This document shows, piece by piece, positions 22,783 to 30,851 of a DNA stretch of 64,000 nucleotides (positions are counted from its first letter, which is position 1; each line of letters opens with the position of its first letter). The notes under the pieces were generated by a model that was not told the DNA's origin, ran no database searches, and worked only from the letters and a program-made list of their open reading frames with translations. The stretch is from assembly GCA_944358895.1 (NCBI GenBank), contig CALVSB010000007.1, forward strand, positions 140-64,139. Reading direction: 5' to 3'. This DNA is from an uncultured Bacilli bacterium (GTDB taxonomy: Bacteria; Bacillota_I; Bacilli_A; RFN20; CAG-826). The position numbers and the translations under genes were made by a program.

Positions 22783-22788
22783 TATAAT
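22783..22788 (+). promoter_or_regulatory. -10 box of the CPBP gene (leaderless candidate)
   Basis: TATAAT (22783-22788), 7 nt before ATG 22796. No convincing -35 found. Confidence 0.35.
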
Positions 22789-22795
22789 CCCGAGG

Positions 22796-23680
22796 ATGCT
22801 AGTACCTATGGACAGCCAACCGGGCAATCGCTTCTTTGCCCACCGGCGGCGTTGCACATGCGGCAAGGATATCGATGCGGCCCGCGACGCTTGCCCCCAT
22901 TGCGGGCGCATCTACGACGATCCTTGGACCCGCCGCTTCGCCCGGATTTGCCCCCTTGGCACTTATCGGGAATTGATTCTTTTCCTTTTCGGCCTCGTCG
23001 GCTTCCAACTCCTCGGATTCCTTCTTTCGTTCATTGCCCAAGCCTTCGCCCAAGAAGTCCTCGTTGGAGCCGGGCTAACCGGTGGATCGCTCCAGCAAGC
23101 CCTCATCGACTACACCCGTTCGGCCGCCTATTCGAGTTTCGTCAATTATGGGGCGTATGTCCTCTTCTTCGTCGCGGTCCTCATCGTCATCTGGCCCGAC
23201 CTGGCCTACATTGCCAAGCGGCAGTTCTCCAAGTGGCAGAATTACCTGATCGGCGGCGGCCTCGGCATCGTCCTCATCGTCGCCTCGATCCTTTGGAACA
23301 TAATCGTCATCCTGCTCGGCGGCGGCACGAGCGACAACCAAGCAAGCGTCGTCAATATAGTTACCTATTCGCCCATCCTTGGAATTGTGATTACCGGAAT
23401 TATAGGCCCGATTTGCGAGGAATTTGCCTATCGGGTCGGCCTTTTCAACCTCGGGATGCGGATCAACCGCTTGGCCGCCTATCTCTTCGCCACGGTCGTC
23501 TTTGGCCTCATTCACATGCACGATTTCGCTTCCGTCAACGAATGGCTCAATTTCCCCTCTTATCTAATTGCCGGCGGCATCCTCGCCTTCACCTATGACC
23601 GCTTCGGTTTGTCCGCTTCGATTACCGCCCACGTCGTCAATAATCTCTACGCGGTCATTTTGACCCTCATTGCCCAATGA
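22796..23680 (+). CDS. CPBP (CAAX) family intramembrane glutamic endopeptidase with N-terminal zinc ribbon
   Basis: CEEFAYRVGLF, FGLIHM and ITAHVVNN are the CPBP motifs. N-terminal CTCG...CPHCG forms a zinc ribbon. Polytopic. Confidence 0.85.
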   Translation: MLVPMDSQPGNRFFAHRRRCTCGKDIDAARDACPHCGRIYDDPWTRRFARICPLGTYRELILFLFGLVGFQLLGFLLSFIAQAFAQEVLVGAGLTGGSLQQALIDYTRSAAYSSFVNYGAYVLFFVAVLIVIWPDLAYIAKRQFSKWQNYLIGGGLGIVLIVASILWNIIVILLGGGTSDNQASVVNIVTYSPILGIVITGIIGPICEEFAYRVGLFNLGMRINRLAAYLFATVVFGLIHMHDFASVNEWLNFPSYLIAGGILAFTYDRFGLSASITAHVVNNLYAVILTLIAQ

Positions 23681-24603
23681 ACGTCCAGCGCTTTCAGTTT
23701 TTGGATGGGTTTTCACTCAAGATCCTGGCCCTCGTCCTCATGTTCCTCGACCACCTCGGGGCTTTCATGACAATGTACCTCACTCCGGTCGAAGGCACGC
23801 CGCTCTTCATTGCCGTCACCATCTTCCGCGCCGTGGGCCGGCTCGCCTTCCCCCTCTTCGCTTTCTTTGTGGCCGAAGGCATGCGAAAGACGCATGACCG
23901 CGGCAACTATCTCCTCCGCTTTGCCATCCTTTTTGCCATCGTCCTCATTGCTCAGGCAGGCTTAAGTGCCATTCCTTCCTTTGCCTCGGTATCGACCTTG
24001 GCTCAGCCCTTCGGTGACCTTCTCTCCTTCGCGGCGATTGCCTACCTTTACGAAAAAGGCGGCAACTGGCGCTTTCTCATCGCCCTGCCGGTCCTTTATC
24101 TCCTCGGGTCCGGGATCATCAACATCCTGAACAATAACGGTGTCCAGACCTACGTGCCCCCTTATCTTCTCGCCCAGTACAACATCGTGGGACTCGTTCT
24201 GTTCCTCCCTCTCTATTTCCTCCCGAAGGTGATGGAAGGGAAACTCCTTGGGGCAGGGCTGATTCAAAAGGAAGGAAGCGAAATCCTTTTCCCCCGCCCC
24301 GATAGCTATGGGGAGGCAGCCTACCGCCGCCACACGAATGCTCTCAATGCCTCCATCGTGGCTGCCGTTTTCGCCATCTGCTGGATTGTCTCTTATCTAA
24401 CGCCTTACTTCGGCTTTTACTTCGAGCCGCTCGGCCAGACCGGCATCTCCTTCGAGATGTACGGGATCATCGCCGCTTTCTTCCTCCTTCTATATAACGG
24501 CCGCCGCGGCTACCACGCGAAATGGTGGGTCTACTTCGAATGGTCGTTTTTTCCGGTGCATATCCTTTTGCTCGCCGGGATATTTGCACTAATATCACTC
24601 TAG
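23677..24603 (+). CDS. TraX family membrane protein
   Basis: 308-aa polytopic protein. N-terminal LKILALVLMFLDHLGAF is typical of TraX-family acyltransferase-like proteins. Overlaps the upstream stop by 4 nt. Confidence 0.8.
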   Translation: MNVQRFQFLDGFSLKILALVLMFLDHLGAFMTMYLTPVEGTPLFIAVTIFRAVGRLAFPLFAFFVAEGMRKTHDRGNYLLRFAILFAIVLIAQAGLSAIPSFASVSTLAQPFGDLLSFAAIAYLYEKGGNWRFLIALPVLYLLGSGIINILNNNGVQTYVPPYLLAQYNIVGLVLFLPLYFLPKVMEGKLLGAGLIQKEGSEILFPRPDSYGEAAYRRHTNALNASIVAAVFAICWIVSYLTPYFGFYFEPLGQTGISFEMYGIIAAFFLLLYNGRRGYHAKWWVYFEWSFFPVHILLLAGIFALISL

Positions 24604-24619
24604 CCAAGGAGGATTAACC

Positions 24620-24925
24620 ATGCTCAAGCACGTCAAAGAAGAAACCGAATTCGATTCCATCATCAAGGAAGGGAAAGTCCTGGTCGACTTCTATGCCGAT
24701 TGGTGCGGACCTTGCAAGATGGTCGCCCCGATCGTCGAGAAGCTCGCCGGCGAGTACGAGGATATGAACTTCCTCAAGATCAACGTCGACGAGGCCCCGC
24801 GCCTTGCCGCCCGCTTCGAGGTCTACTCGATCCCGACGCTCCTGCTCTTCGAGAACGGCAAGCTCACGAACAAACAGGTCGGCTATGTCCCGGAGCCCCG
24901 GCTCAAGGCCTTCATCGGGAAGTAA
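24620..24925 (+). CDS. trxA: thioredoxin
   Basis: 101 aa with WCGPC active site. AAGGAGG SD upstream. Confidence 0.96.
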   Translation: MLKHVKEETEFDSIIKEGKVLVDFYADWCGPCKMVAPIVEKLAGEYEDMNFLKINVDEAPRLAARFEVYSIPTLLLFENGKLTNKQVGYVPEPRLKAFIGK

Positions 24926-24934
24926 GGAAACAGC

Positions 24935-24972
24935 AAAAAAGAGGCGCTTCTCGACGGAAACGCCTCTTTTCT
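24935..24972. terminator. bidirectional terminator between convergent trxA and the DUF3737 gene
   Basis: GAGGCG (24941-24946) / CGCCTC (24961-24966) stem, flanked by an A-run upstream and a T-run downstream. Confidence 0.55.
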
Positions 24973-24981
24973 TATGCTTTC

Positions 24982-25830
24982 TTAGCCTTCGACGACGATC
25001 AGGCCGTGATGTTCGTAGACGTCTGGTTCGTCGATGATCTTCGTCCCCTTGCCGACATGGACTTCCCCCGAAGCCATGTTGGTAATGGAGGGAACCGGCC
25101 CGATGACGTTCCCGTTCACTTCGCTGTTCTCGAAGGCGAGATCGCTCTCTTCCCCGAAGGTGCAGTCGACGAGCTTCAGGTTCTTGCAATAACAAAGGGG
25201 CTGATGGGAATTGATGCGGCAACGGATGAGGGTCAGGTTCTCGCTATACCAAGCGAGGTACTCGCCCTCCAAAGTCGAGTCGACGATGGTGACGTCCTTC
25301 GCGTGCCAGAAGGCATCGCGCCCGACAAAGGAGCAGTTTTCAAACCTTGAATCGGAGATGTACTGGAGGGAATACTTCCCGTCGAGCTTCATGTTTTTCG
25401 CCTCGATCTTCGTGGTGTCGAGGAAGGAATACATGCTCTTCACGGTCGCGTTATGGACCTTGATGGAGGAAGACTTCCAGCCGAATTCGTCGCCTTCGAT
25501 CTCGACGTTCTCGAGCGCGATGTCACGGCATTCCCGGAGGAATTTGACCGAGAGGATCTTGGTGTCGAAGAAGCTGACCTTCTCGGCATACCAAAGGGCC
25601 GCCCGGGCCAGGTCGGTCAGGGTGCAATTCCTGACCGTGCCCTCCTTCAAGTGCCAAAGGGGATAGCGGAGGGCGATTTCCGAGTCCTCGAGGAGGAGCT
25701 TCCTCCCCTCCTTGAGGGGCGACTCCCCGTCCTCGGGTCCCCCGAAGCGGCAATTCCTTACCTCCGCGTCCTTGAGACCGTAGAGGGACCGCTCTTTTTC
25801 AAACGTTTTTCCTTCGATGATGTTTTTCAT
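24982..25830 (-). CDS. DUF3737 family (beta-helix) protein
   Basis: 282 aa. N-terminal FEKERSLYGLKDAEVRNCRF and repeated IxNC/ENS beta-helix turns resemble DUF3737 proteins. Confidence 0.75.
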   Translation of the reverse strand: MKNIIEGKTFEKERSLYGLKDAEVRNCRFGGPEDGESPLKEGRKLLLEDSEIALRYPLWHLKEGTVRNCTLTDLARAALWYAEKVSFFDTKILSVKFLRECRDIALENVEIEGDEFGWKSSSIKVHNATVKSMYSFLDTTKIEAKNMKLDGKYSLQYISDSRFENCSFVGRDAFWHAKDVTIVDSTLEGEYLAWYSENLTLIRCRINSHQPLCYCKNLKLVDCTFGEESDLAFENSEVNGNVIGPVPSITNMASGEVHVGKGTKIIDEPDVYEHHGLIVVEG

Positions 25831-25884
25831 ACCCTGAGAATCTTACAACCTCCGTCAAGTTTCCTTTGTCTTATTCGCTTTGAG

Positions 25885-25893
25885 TGCTACAAT
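25885..25893 (+). promoter_or_regulatory. extended -10 promoter of the tRNA pair
   Basis: TGcTACAAT (25885-25893), 10 nt upstream of the tRNA-Asp 5' end. Confidence 0.4.
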
Positions 25894-25903
25894 ACGGCGC
25901 GCC

Positions 25904-25980
25904 GGATCATTGGTGTAGCGGCCTAACATGCCTCCCTGTCACGGAGGAGACCACGGGTTCGAATCCCGTATGATCCGCCA
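25904..25980 (+). tRNA. tRNA-Asp (GTC)
   Basis: Hand-folded cloverleaf. Acceptor GGATCAT/ATGATCC, anticodon arm CCTCC-CTGTCAC-GGAGG, T arm ACGGG-TTCGAAT-CCCGT, encoded CCA. Confidence 0.9.
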
Positions 25981-25987
25981 CTTGATT

Positions 25988-26061
25988 GCAGGTGTAGTTC
26001 AGTGGCAGAACACCACCCTTCCAAGGTGGCTATACGGGTTCGATTCCCGCCACCTGCTCCA
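25988..26061 (+). tRNA. tRNA-Gly (TCC)
   Basis: Acceptor GCAGGTG/CACCTGC, D arm GTTC/GAAC, anticodon arm CCACC-CTTCCAA-GGTGG, T loop TTCGATT, encoded CCA. One A-C mismatch at the base of the T stem. Confidence 0.85.
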
Positions 26062-26166
26062 GCAAGGCGCATCCCCGGTTCGGCCGGGTTTTATTTTGGA
26101 CCAAAGGCCGTGCTCCTTCAGCAAATATGCCCTCGGAGCATGGTAGACATGAGGAGGAAGCGCAGG

Positions 26167-26742
26167 ATGAACCAGGAAATACTCTTCGCCACCCATAACC
26201 GCGGCAAGCTCGAGGAAGCCCGAAATTATCTTTCGCCCCTCGGCTACCTCGTCTATGGCCTCGACGACCTCTTTTTGAGCGAGGAAGTCGTCGAAGACGG
26301 GAAAAGCTACGAGGAAAACGCCTACAAGAAGGCCAAGGCCTTCGAGAGTCTCCCCTTCCCCGTCTTCTCCGACGACTCGGGCCTCGAAGTCGAGGCACTG
26401 GGTGGGAAGCCGGGCCTTTTCACCGCGCGGTTCGCCTCCGAAAAAGGCGGCTACAAGGAAGCGATGGCCGCTTTGGCCCAAGCAACGGAGGGAAATCCCC
26501 GGGCGCGTTATGTCTGCACCATCTGCCTCCTGGAGAAGGGGCAGAAGAAGCCTCTCTTCTTCACCGGCGTCTGCGAAGGCGAAATCCTCAAGGAGCCCGT
26601 CGGCGACCACGGCTTCGGCTTCGACCCGGCCTTCAAGTCGAAGGAAGGGGTCTATTTCGGCCTGGCGAACCAGGAAGAAAAGGCCAAGGTCTCCCACCGG
26701 GGGAGAGCACTCCTCAAGCTAGCTACCTATCTCGCCATCTAG
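26167..26742 (+). CDS. rdgB: non-canonical purine NTP pyrophosphatase (RdgB/HAM1)
   Basis: ILFATHNRGKLEE, SDDSGLEVEALGGKPG, GFGFDPAF and SHRGRAL motifs. Start trimmed to ATG 26167 (AGGAGG 9 nt upstream), because the track ORF would overlap tRNA-Gly. Confidence 0.9.
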   Translation: MNQEILFATHNRGKLEEARNYLSPLGYLVYGLDDLFLSEEVVEDGKSYEENAYKKAKAFESLPFPVFSDDSGLEVEALGGKPGLFTARFASEKGGYKEAMAALAQATEGNPRARYVCTICLLEKGQKKPLFFTGVCEGEILKEPVGDHGFGFDPAFKSKEGVYFGLANQEEKAKVSHRGRALLKLATYLAI

Positions 26743-27476
26743 AGACCGAGAATCGGCAAAAGAATGAAGGAGAGGTAGAGAAGGAGCTGAGCCCCGAGAT
26801 ACGGGAGCATGATGTAGAAATCGCGCCTCCGGATGTCCTTCCGGAAAAGGGTATAGGCATTGAGGCCGTCGCTTAGGGCAAAGAGGGCGGCTCCGAAAAG
26901 TCCGATGAGCGTTTCCGTCAAAGAGAAGGGGGTTTTGCCGTCGAAAAGCCGAAGCAGGAAGAAAAAGAAGAGGCTCGTGACGAAGGCAAAATAGACCGAA
27001 CCGGCCACCGTGATGGGCCGGTTTTTCTTTGTGAAGTGGTACATCGGATAGGCAATGAGAACGGCCATGCCCGGGAGGTAAAGAAGCCCCCACGGGAAGA
27101 AGGAAGCGTAGTCGGGAAAGAAAGCCCCGATGGCCATGAGGAAGGCCACGTGGGCCAGAAAGAAGGCGAAGATGCCGAGGAGAAGGTAATGATTCCCCCG
27201 CTTCTTGTAGAGCAAGAGGAAGTCCCCGACGATCGAGAAAAGGAAGCCGAAGATGGCGGGAAGGAAGAGGACCGAGTATCCGGCCATGAGAAAAAGGGAG
27301 GACAGGGACAGGAAGGAAAGGGGAATGATCTTGGTGAGCCGTCGGCCCGTTTCGTTTTCCTTGTAGACGAAGTAGAGGTGGACAAGGGACGAAAGAAGGA
27401 AAAGCCCGAGGGCGATCATCGCCAGGACGAAGAGGGTCCGCTGGGCGGACTCGATCGTGATTTCGGGCGGGATCAA
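26739..27476 (-). CDS. YhhN-family membrane protein (lysoplasmalogenase-like)
   Basis: 245 aa with about eight TM helices. IVGDFLLL and ALSDGLNAY motifs are typical of YhhN. Confidence 0.7.
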   Translation of the reverse strand: MIPPEITIESAQRTLFVLAMIALGLFLLSSLVHLYFVYKENETGRRLTKIIPLSFLSLSSLFLMAGYSVLFLPAIFGFLFSIVGDFLLLYKKRGNHYLLLGIFAFFLAHVAFLMAIGAFFPDYASFFPWGLLYLPGMAVLIAYPMYHFTKKNRPITVAGSVYFAFVTSLFFFFLLRLFDGKTPFSLTETLIGLFGAALFALSDGLNAYTLFRKDIRRRDFYIMLPYLGAQLLLYLSFILLPILGL

Positions 27477-28237
27477 TCCTTCTTCTCCTTGCCCTCAAGC
27501 CGGCCGAGGGCGGCCTGGCCTTTGGCCCTAAGCTCGGCCATATGTTCCTCGATAGCCTCGAAGAACTTGTTTTCCTTGTTCATGAACGGGAAAAGGACGG
27601 ACTGTTTCTTCTTGAACTTTTGGTAGTAGTCCTGGAGGACCATCTTGGCCTTTTCCCAGGAGGCGACGAAGCGGGGATCCTTGACGGCCGCCCGGAGCTT
27701 CCGGAGAACGCCCATCGAGTAGGCAAAGTCGCAAAGGAGGAGGCCGGTCGCAAGGCCGATGGGGTAGGAAAGGGCAATCCAGTTGTCCATGAAGAAAGTG
27801 CCGACGGTGAGGAAGGGCTTCCCGAGAAGGAGGACATAAAGGGCAGCCCCGACGAGCCAGAAGAAGGAGAAGAGGGGGCAAATCAGGCCCATGAAGTTGC
27901 CGGGCTGCTTGCTATAGTCCCAAAGGCGGACCTTCATCCCCTTCACGAAGATGAGGCCGGCGATGAGCTCGATGACCGTGAGGGCCACCCCGAGGACGAG
28001 GATCTCGACGATGGTATTGAGCCACCCCATTCCGGAGATGCTCTCCCAGGGAATGAAGGCATCGAAGGCATAGAGAACGGCAAAGCCGAAGCCGTAAAGA
28101 GGAATGAACGGCCCGGCCAGGAAGCCCGGCTTCACCCACCGCTTCTGGGAAACGAAGCGCCGGAAGAAGAGTTCGAGCACGAAGCCGAAAAGGCCTCCGA
28201 CGAAGAAGAAGGTCAGCAAGGTTATGAAAATTTCCAT
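27473..28237 (-). CDS. membrane protein, 'putative ABC-transporter type IV' (DUF1113-like) family
   Basis: FGFVLELFFRR...PGFLAGPFIPLYGFG motif. Start trimmed to ATG 28237 (MEIFITLL). Confidence 0.65.
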   Translation of the reverse strand: MEIFITLLTFFFVGGLFGFVLELFFRRFVSQKRWVKPGFLAGPFIPLYGFGFAVLYAFDAFIPWESISGMGWLNTIVEILVLGVALTVIELIAGLIFVKGMKVRLWDYSKQPGNFMGLICPLFSFFWLVGAALYVLLLGKPFLTVGTFFMDNWIALSYPIGLATGLLLCDFAYSMGVLRKLRAAVKDPRFVASWEKAKMVLQDYYQKFKKKQSVLFPFMNKENKFFEAIEEHMAELRAKGQAALGRLEGKEKKD

Positions 28238-28297
28238 GCTGCATTTTAGCATGGGGGGAATCGATAAACCATCGACGGCCATTGGAGATGGAAAGAA

Positions 28298-28327
28298 TTG
28301 TCAAGGCGATTGCAACGTTTGTAAAAT
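28298..28327 (+). promoter_or_regulatory. promoter of the AAA+/T4CP/ClpP cassette (leaderless candidate)
   Basis: TTGTCA (28298-28303), 18-nt spacer, TAAAAT (28322-28327). ATG 28334 is 6 nt downstream with no SD. Confidence 0.4.
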
Positions 28328-28333
28328 TGAGTA

Positions 28334-29182
28334 ATGAAGACCACCGAACGCACTGTCCTCGGAATCGAAAGCCTCGAGGAACTATTGGAGGGCTGGGACC
28401 ATATCCGGAGCAACCGCAAGATGCTCCGCGGCCCCCTTATCCTCCCCAATTACTTCATGGAAGTCGACGGCGAGAGCTCGATTGCCGAAACCCTCGCCCG
28501 CCTCGTCGACAATCTCTCCAAGGACAGCGTCCTCATGTCCTTCCAGGGGAAGGTCAAGAGCTTTGCCTATTACCTTCCCTACACCGCGCCGGGCGAGAGC
28601 GATTTCCCGGGGCTAAGGACGTTCGACGCCATCTACAAGAAAAATCTTTGCCGCTTCGGCATGCCCTTCGAGGGCGTCATCGCCATCGACATCACCGAGT
28701 GGATCCTCGCGAAGGCCACCAAGAGCGAGAAGTTCCTCGCTTTCCTCGCCTACATCGCGACGATCGACGAAAAAAGCCTCATCATCTTCGTCTCGACCGC
28801 CCGGCAAGCCCTCTATAACAACGAAGCCTACGCGACGATCGCCGCCCGGACCCGGGTCCGTTACGTGAGCATCGGGGAAAGCGACGAGGAAAGGGCCCAT
28901 ACCCTTTTCCTCCAGTGCCTCGAAGAAGGCGGCTTTTCCCTGGCTCCGGAAGCCGATGCAACCCTCCGGAGCGTCATTTCCTTCGTCCTCTCGGTCGGGG
29001 ACAACCGCGGCTACCGGGCGATCCGCGAGCTGGCGAGCGAAATGATCTACGACCAGCTTTCGAGCTGCTCGCCCCACGACGTCCTTCTCAAGGAAGACGT
29101 CGAGAAATATCTCGCCGAGAGCGACTGGGGGAAGCGCTACGGCCGCCTGAGGGCCGGGGCCAAGATGGGCCTCGTCGGCTAG
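28334..29182 (+). CDS. degenerate SpoVK/CbbX-like AAA+ protein (Walker A and B lost)
   Basis: 282 aa. Collinear by eye with SpoVK/CbbX AAA+: LGIE..., then YFMEVDGESSIAETLARL where hxxxGxPGTGKT is expected, GVIAIDITEW where LFIDEAY is expected, SLIIFVSTARQ, and RVRYVSIGESDEERAHTLF. No GK[ST] P-loop anywhere. Confidence 0.55.
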   Translation: MKTTERTVLGIESLEELLEGWDHIRSNRKMLRGPLILPNYFMEVDGESSIAETLARLVDNLSKDSVLMSFQGKVKSFAYYLPYTAPGESDFPGLRTFDAIYKKNLCRFGMPFEGVIAIDITEWILAKATKSEKFLAFLAYIATIDEKSLIIFVSTARQALYNNEAYATIAARTRVRYVSIGESDEERAHTLFLQCLEEGGFSLAPEADATLRSVISFVLSVGDNRGYRAIRELASEMIYDQLSSCSPHDVLLKEDVEKYLAESDWGKRYGRLRAGAKMGLVG

Positions 29183-29197
29183 GAAAGGAGGACCGCC

Positions 29198-30838
29198 ATG
29201 GCCAAAGAAGAGTTCAGCTATCTCAAATACATCAACCCAGCGCCGGCGAGCCGCCACTTTTTGACCGACGAGGAAATCGGGGAGTTTGCCCCCGAGGTCG
29301 ACCTCGAACCCGGAAAGGCCAGCGAAGGCGGGGTTCCGGTCTACACCCGCGACGGGAAGAAAGCCGCCATCCTCGGGAGCGACCGCCACGCCCTCGTCAT
29401 CGGCGCTACCGGCTCGATGAAGACCCGGGCCGTCCTCATCCCGACCCTCTATAGCCTCGCCTGCCATGGCGAGAACATGATCGTCTCCGATCCCAAGGGC
29501 GAGATCTTCGAGAAGACCTCCGGCTTCCTCAAGAAGAACGGCTACGAGGTCCATTGCCTCAATTTCCGGGACGGCAAGAAATCGTCGACCTGGAATCCCC
29601 TCGACCTTCCCTATGCTTTCCTGAGGGAAGGCAACGTCGATCGTTCGATCGAGCTCGTCACCGGCTTTGCCAGCATCCTTTGCAACAACCTCAAAAGCGA
29701 GCGCGACCCCTATTGGCATAGCGCGGCCAAGCAGCTCATCCAGGGCCTCTCCTTCCTCCTCATGTCCTTAGCCGAAAAGTCCGAGCAGGTCACGGTCAAC
29801 AACGTCATGGCGTGCCTGGCCGAAATTTCGGCCGAAGAGGGGGAATATACGGAGAATTTCAGCGAGCTGGTCAATTCCTTGCCCGGCACCTCCTTCATTT
29901 CCCGCTACCTGACCGGAACCATCAACAACGCCAAGAACACCGCCCGGTGCATCACCTCCCTCGCGACGACGGCCCTCGGGCCCTTCGACGGAGCTTCGAT
30001 CAAGCGCCTGACGGCCAAAACCTCCTTTTGCTACCAGGATTTCGCCGACCCCCGGAAGAAAGTGGCCTTCTTCATAGTCGTCCCCGACGAAACGGACACC
30101 TTCAACGGCATCACGGCCACCTTCGTCAAGGAGATATACGAGTACCTGATCGACCAGGCCTCGAAGCGCCCGACCCTCGCGCTCCCCCGCCGCCTCAATT
30201 TCCTCCTCGACGAATTCGCCAATCTCCCGAAGATCGACGGCATCACCTCGATGATTTCGGCCGCCCGCTCCAGGAACATCCGCTTCTACCTCGTCGTTCA
30301 GAACAACGCCCAGCTGGAAGCCACCTATGGCCGGGCGCTGGCCCAGACCATCAAGTACAACTGCCAGAACTGGATCTTCCTCGCCAGCCGGGAAGCCGAA
30401 CTTCTCTCCGAGGTCCGCTCCGTCATCGGGGGCGACCCCGAGCCGCTGGCTTCCATCGCCGACCTCTCGTCCCTTTCCATCCGCTTCCCCCGGGTCGAGA
30501 GCATCGTCCTCAACGACCGGAGCAATCCCTATTTTGCCCGGCTCCTCGACATGTCGCGCTACCCGGGCCTCTGGAAGGAGACGGGCCCCAACCCCAATAA
30601 CCCCATCCCCTACCCGGCGGCCTATCCCTCGACCCGTCAAGGCGCCGTCCACGACTTCGACCTCGCTAAGTTCGTGGCCGAGGAAGTCGACGACGACGCC
30701 GAGGATGTCCTCGTCGAGTACCTCACCCTGAAGGAGCAAGGGGTCAGCAAAGAAAGCTACAAGGCCTTCAAGAAGAGCCGCCGTGGCCAAGAACTCCTGA
30801 AGCGGAAGAAAGAATTCAACGACTTCAACATCATTTGA
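29198..30838 (+). CDS. VirD4/TraG-type (type IV coupling protein-like) ATPase, no TM anchor
   Basis: 546 aa. HALVIGATGSMKTRAVLIPTL, MIVSDPKGEIFEKT, STWNPLD, LNFLLDEFANLPKI and SRNIRFYLVVQNNAQLEATYG match T4CP conserved blocks. GGAGG SD upstream. No hydrophobic N-terminus. Confidence 0.8.
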   Translation: MAKEEFSYLKYINPAPASRHFLTDEEIGEFAPEVDLEPGKASEGGVPVYTRDGKKAAILGSDRHALVIGATGSMKTRAVLIPTLYSLACHGENMIVSDPKGEIFEKTSGFLKKNGYEVHCLNFRDGKKSSTWNPLDLPYAFLREGNVDRSIELVTGFASILCNNLKSERDPYWHSAAKQLIQGLSFLLMSLAEKSEQVTVNNVMACLAEISAEEGEYTENFSELVNSLPGTSFISRYLTGTINNAKNTARCITSLATTALGPFDGASIKRLTAKTSFCYQDFADPRKKVAFFIVVPDETDTFNGITATFVKEIYEYLIDQASKRPTLALPRRLNFLLDEFANLPKIDGITSMISAARSRNIRFYLVVQNNAQLEATYGRALAQTIKYNCQNWIFLASREAELLSEVRSVIGGDPEPLASIADLSSLSIRFPRVESIVLNDRSNPYFARLLDMSRYPGLWKETGPNPNNPIPYPAAYPSTRQGAVHDFDLAKFVAEEVDDDAEDVLVEYLTLKEQGVSKESYKAFKKSRRGQELLKRKKEFNDFNII

Positions 30839-30851
30839 CGAAGGAGGATTT

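Noticed and set aside
25928-26166. ORFs 25928-26146 and the 5' part of 26002-26742.
   Set aside because: They run through tRNA-Asp and tRNA-Gly. The rdgB start at 26167 has a proper SD.
23677-30838. Considered an integrative conjugative element, because TraX and a T4CP-like gene occur within 6 kb.
   Set aside because: No relaxase, VirB4/TraE, pilin/pore genes, integrase or att repeats are present. Housekeeping genes (trxA, tRNAs, rdgB) lie between them. TraX-family proteins are widespread outside conjugation.
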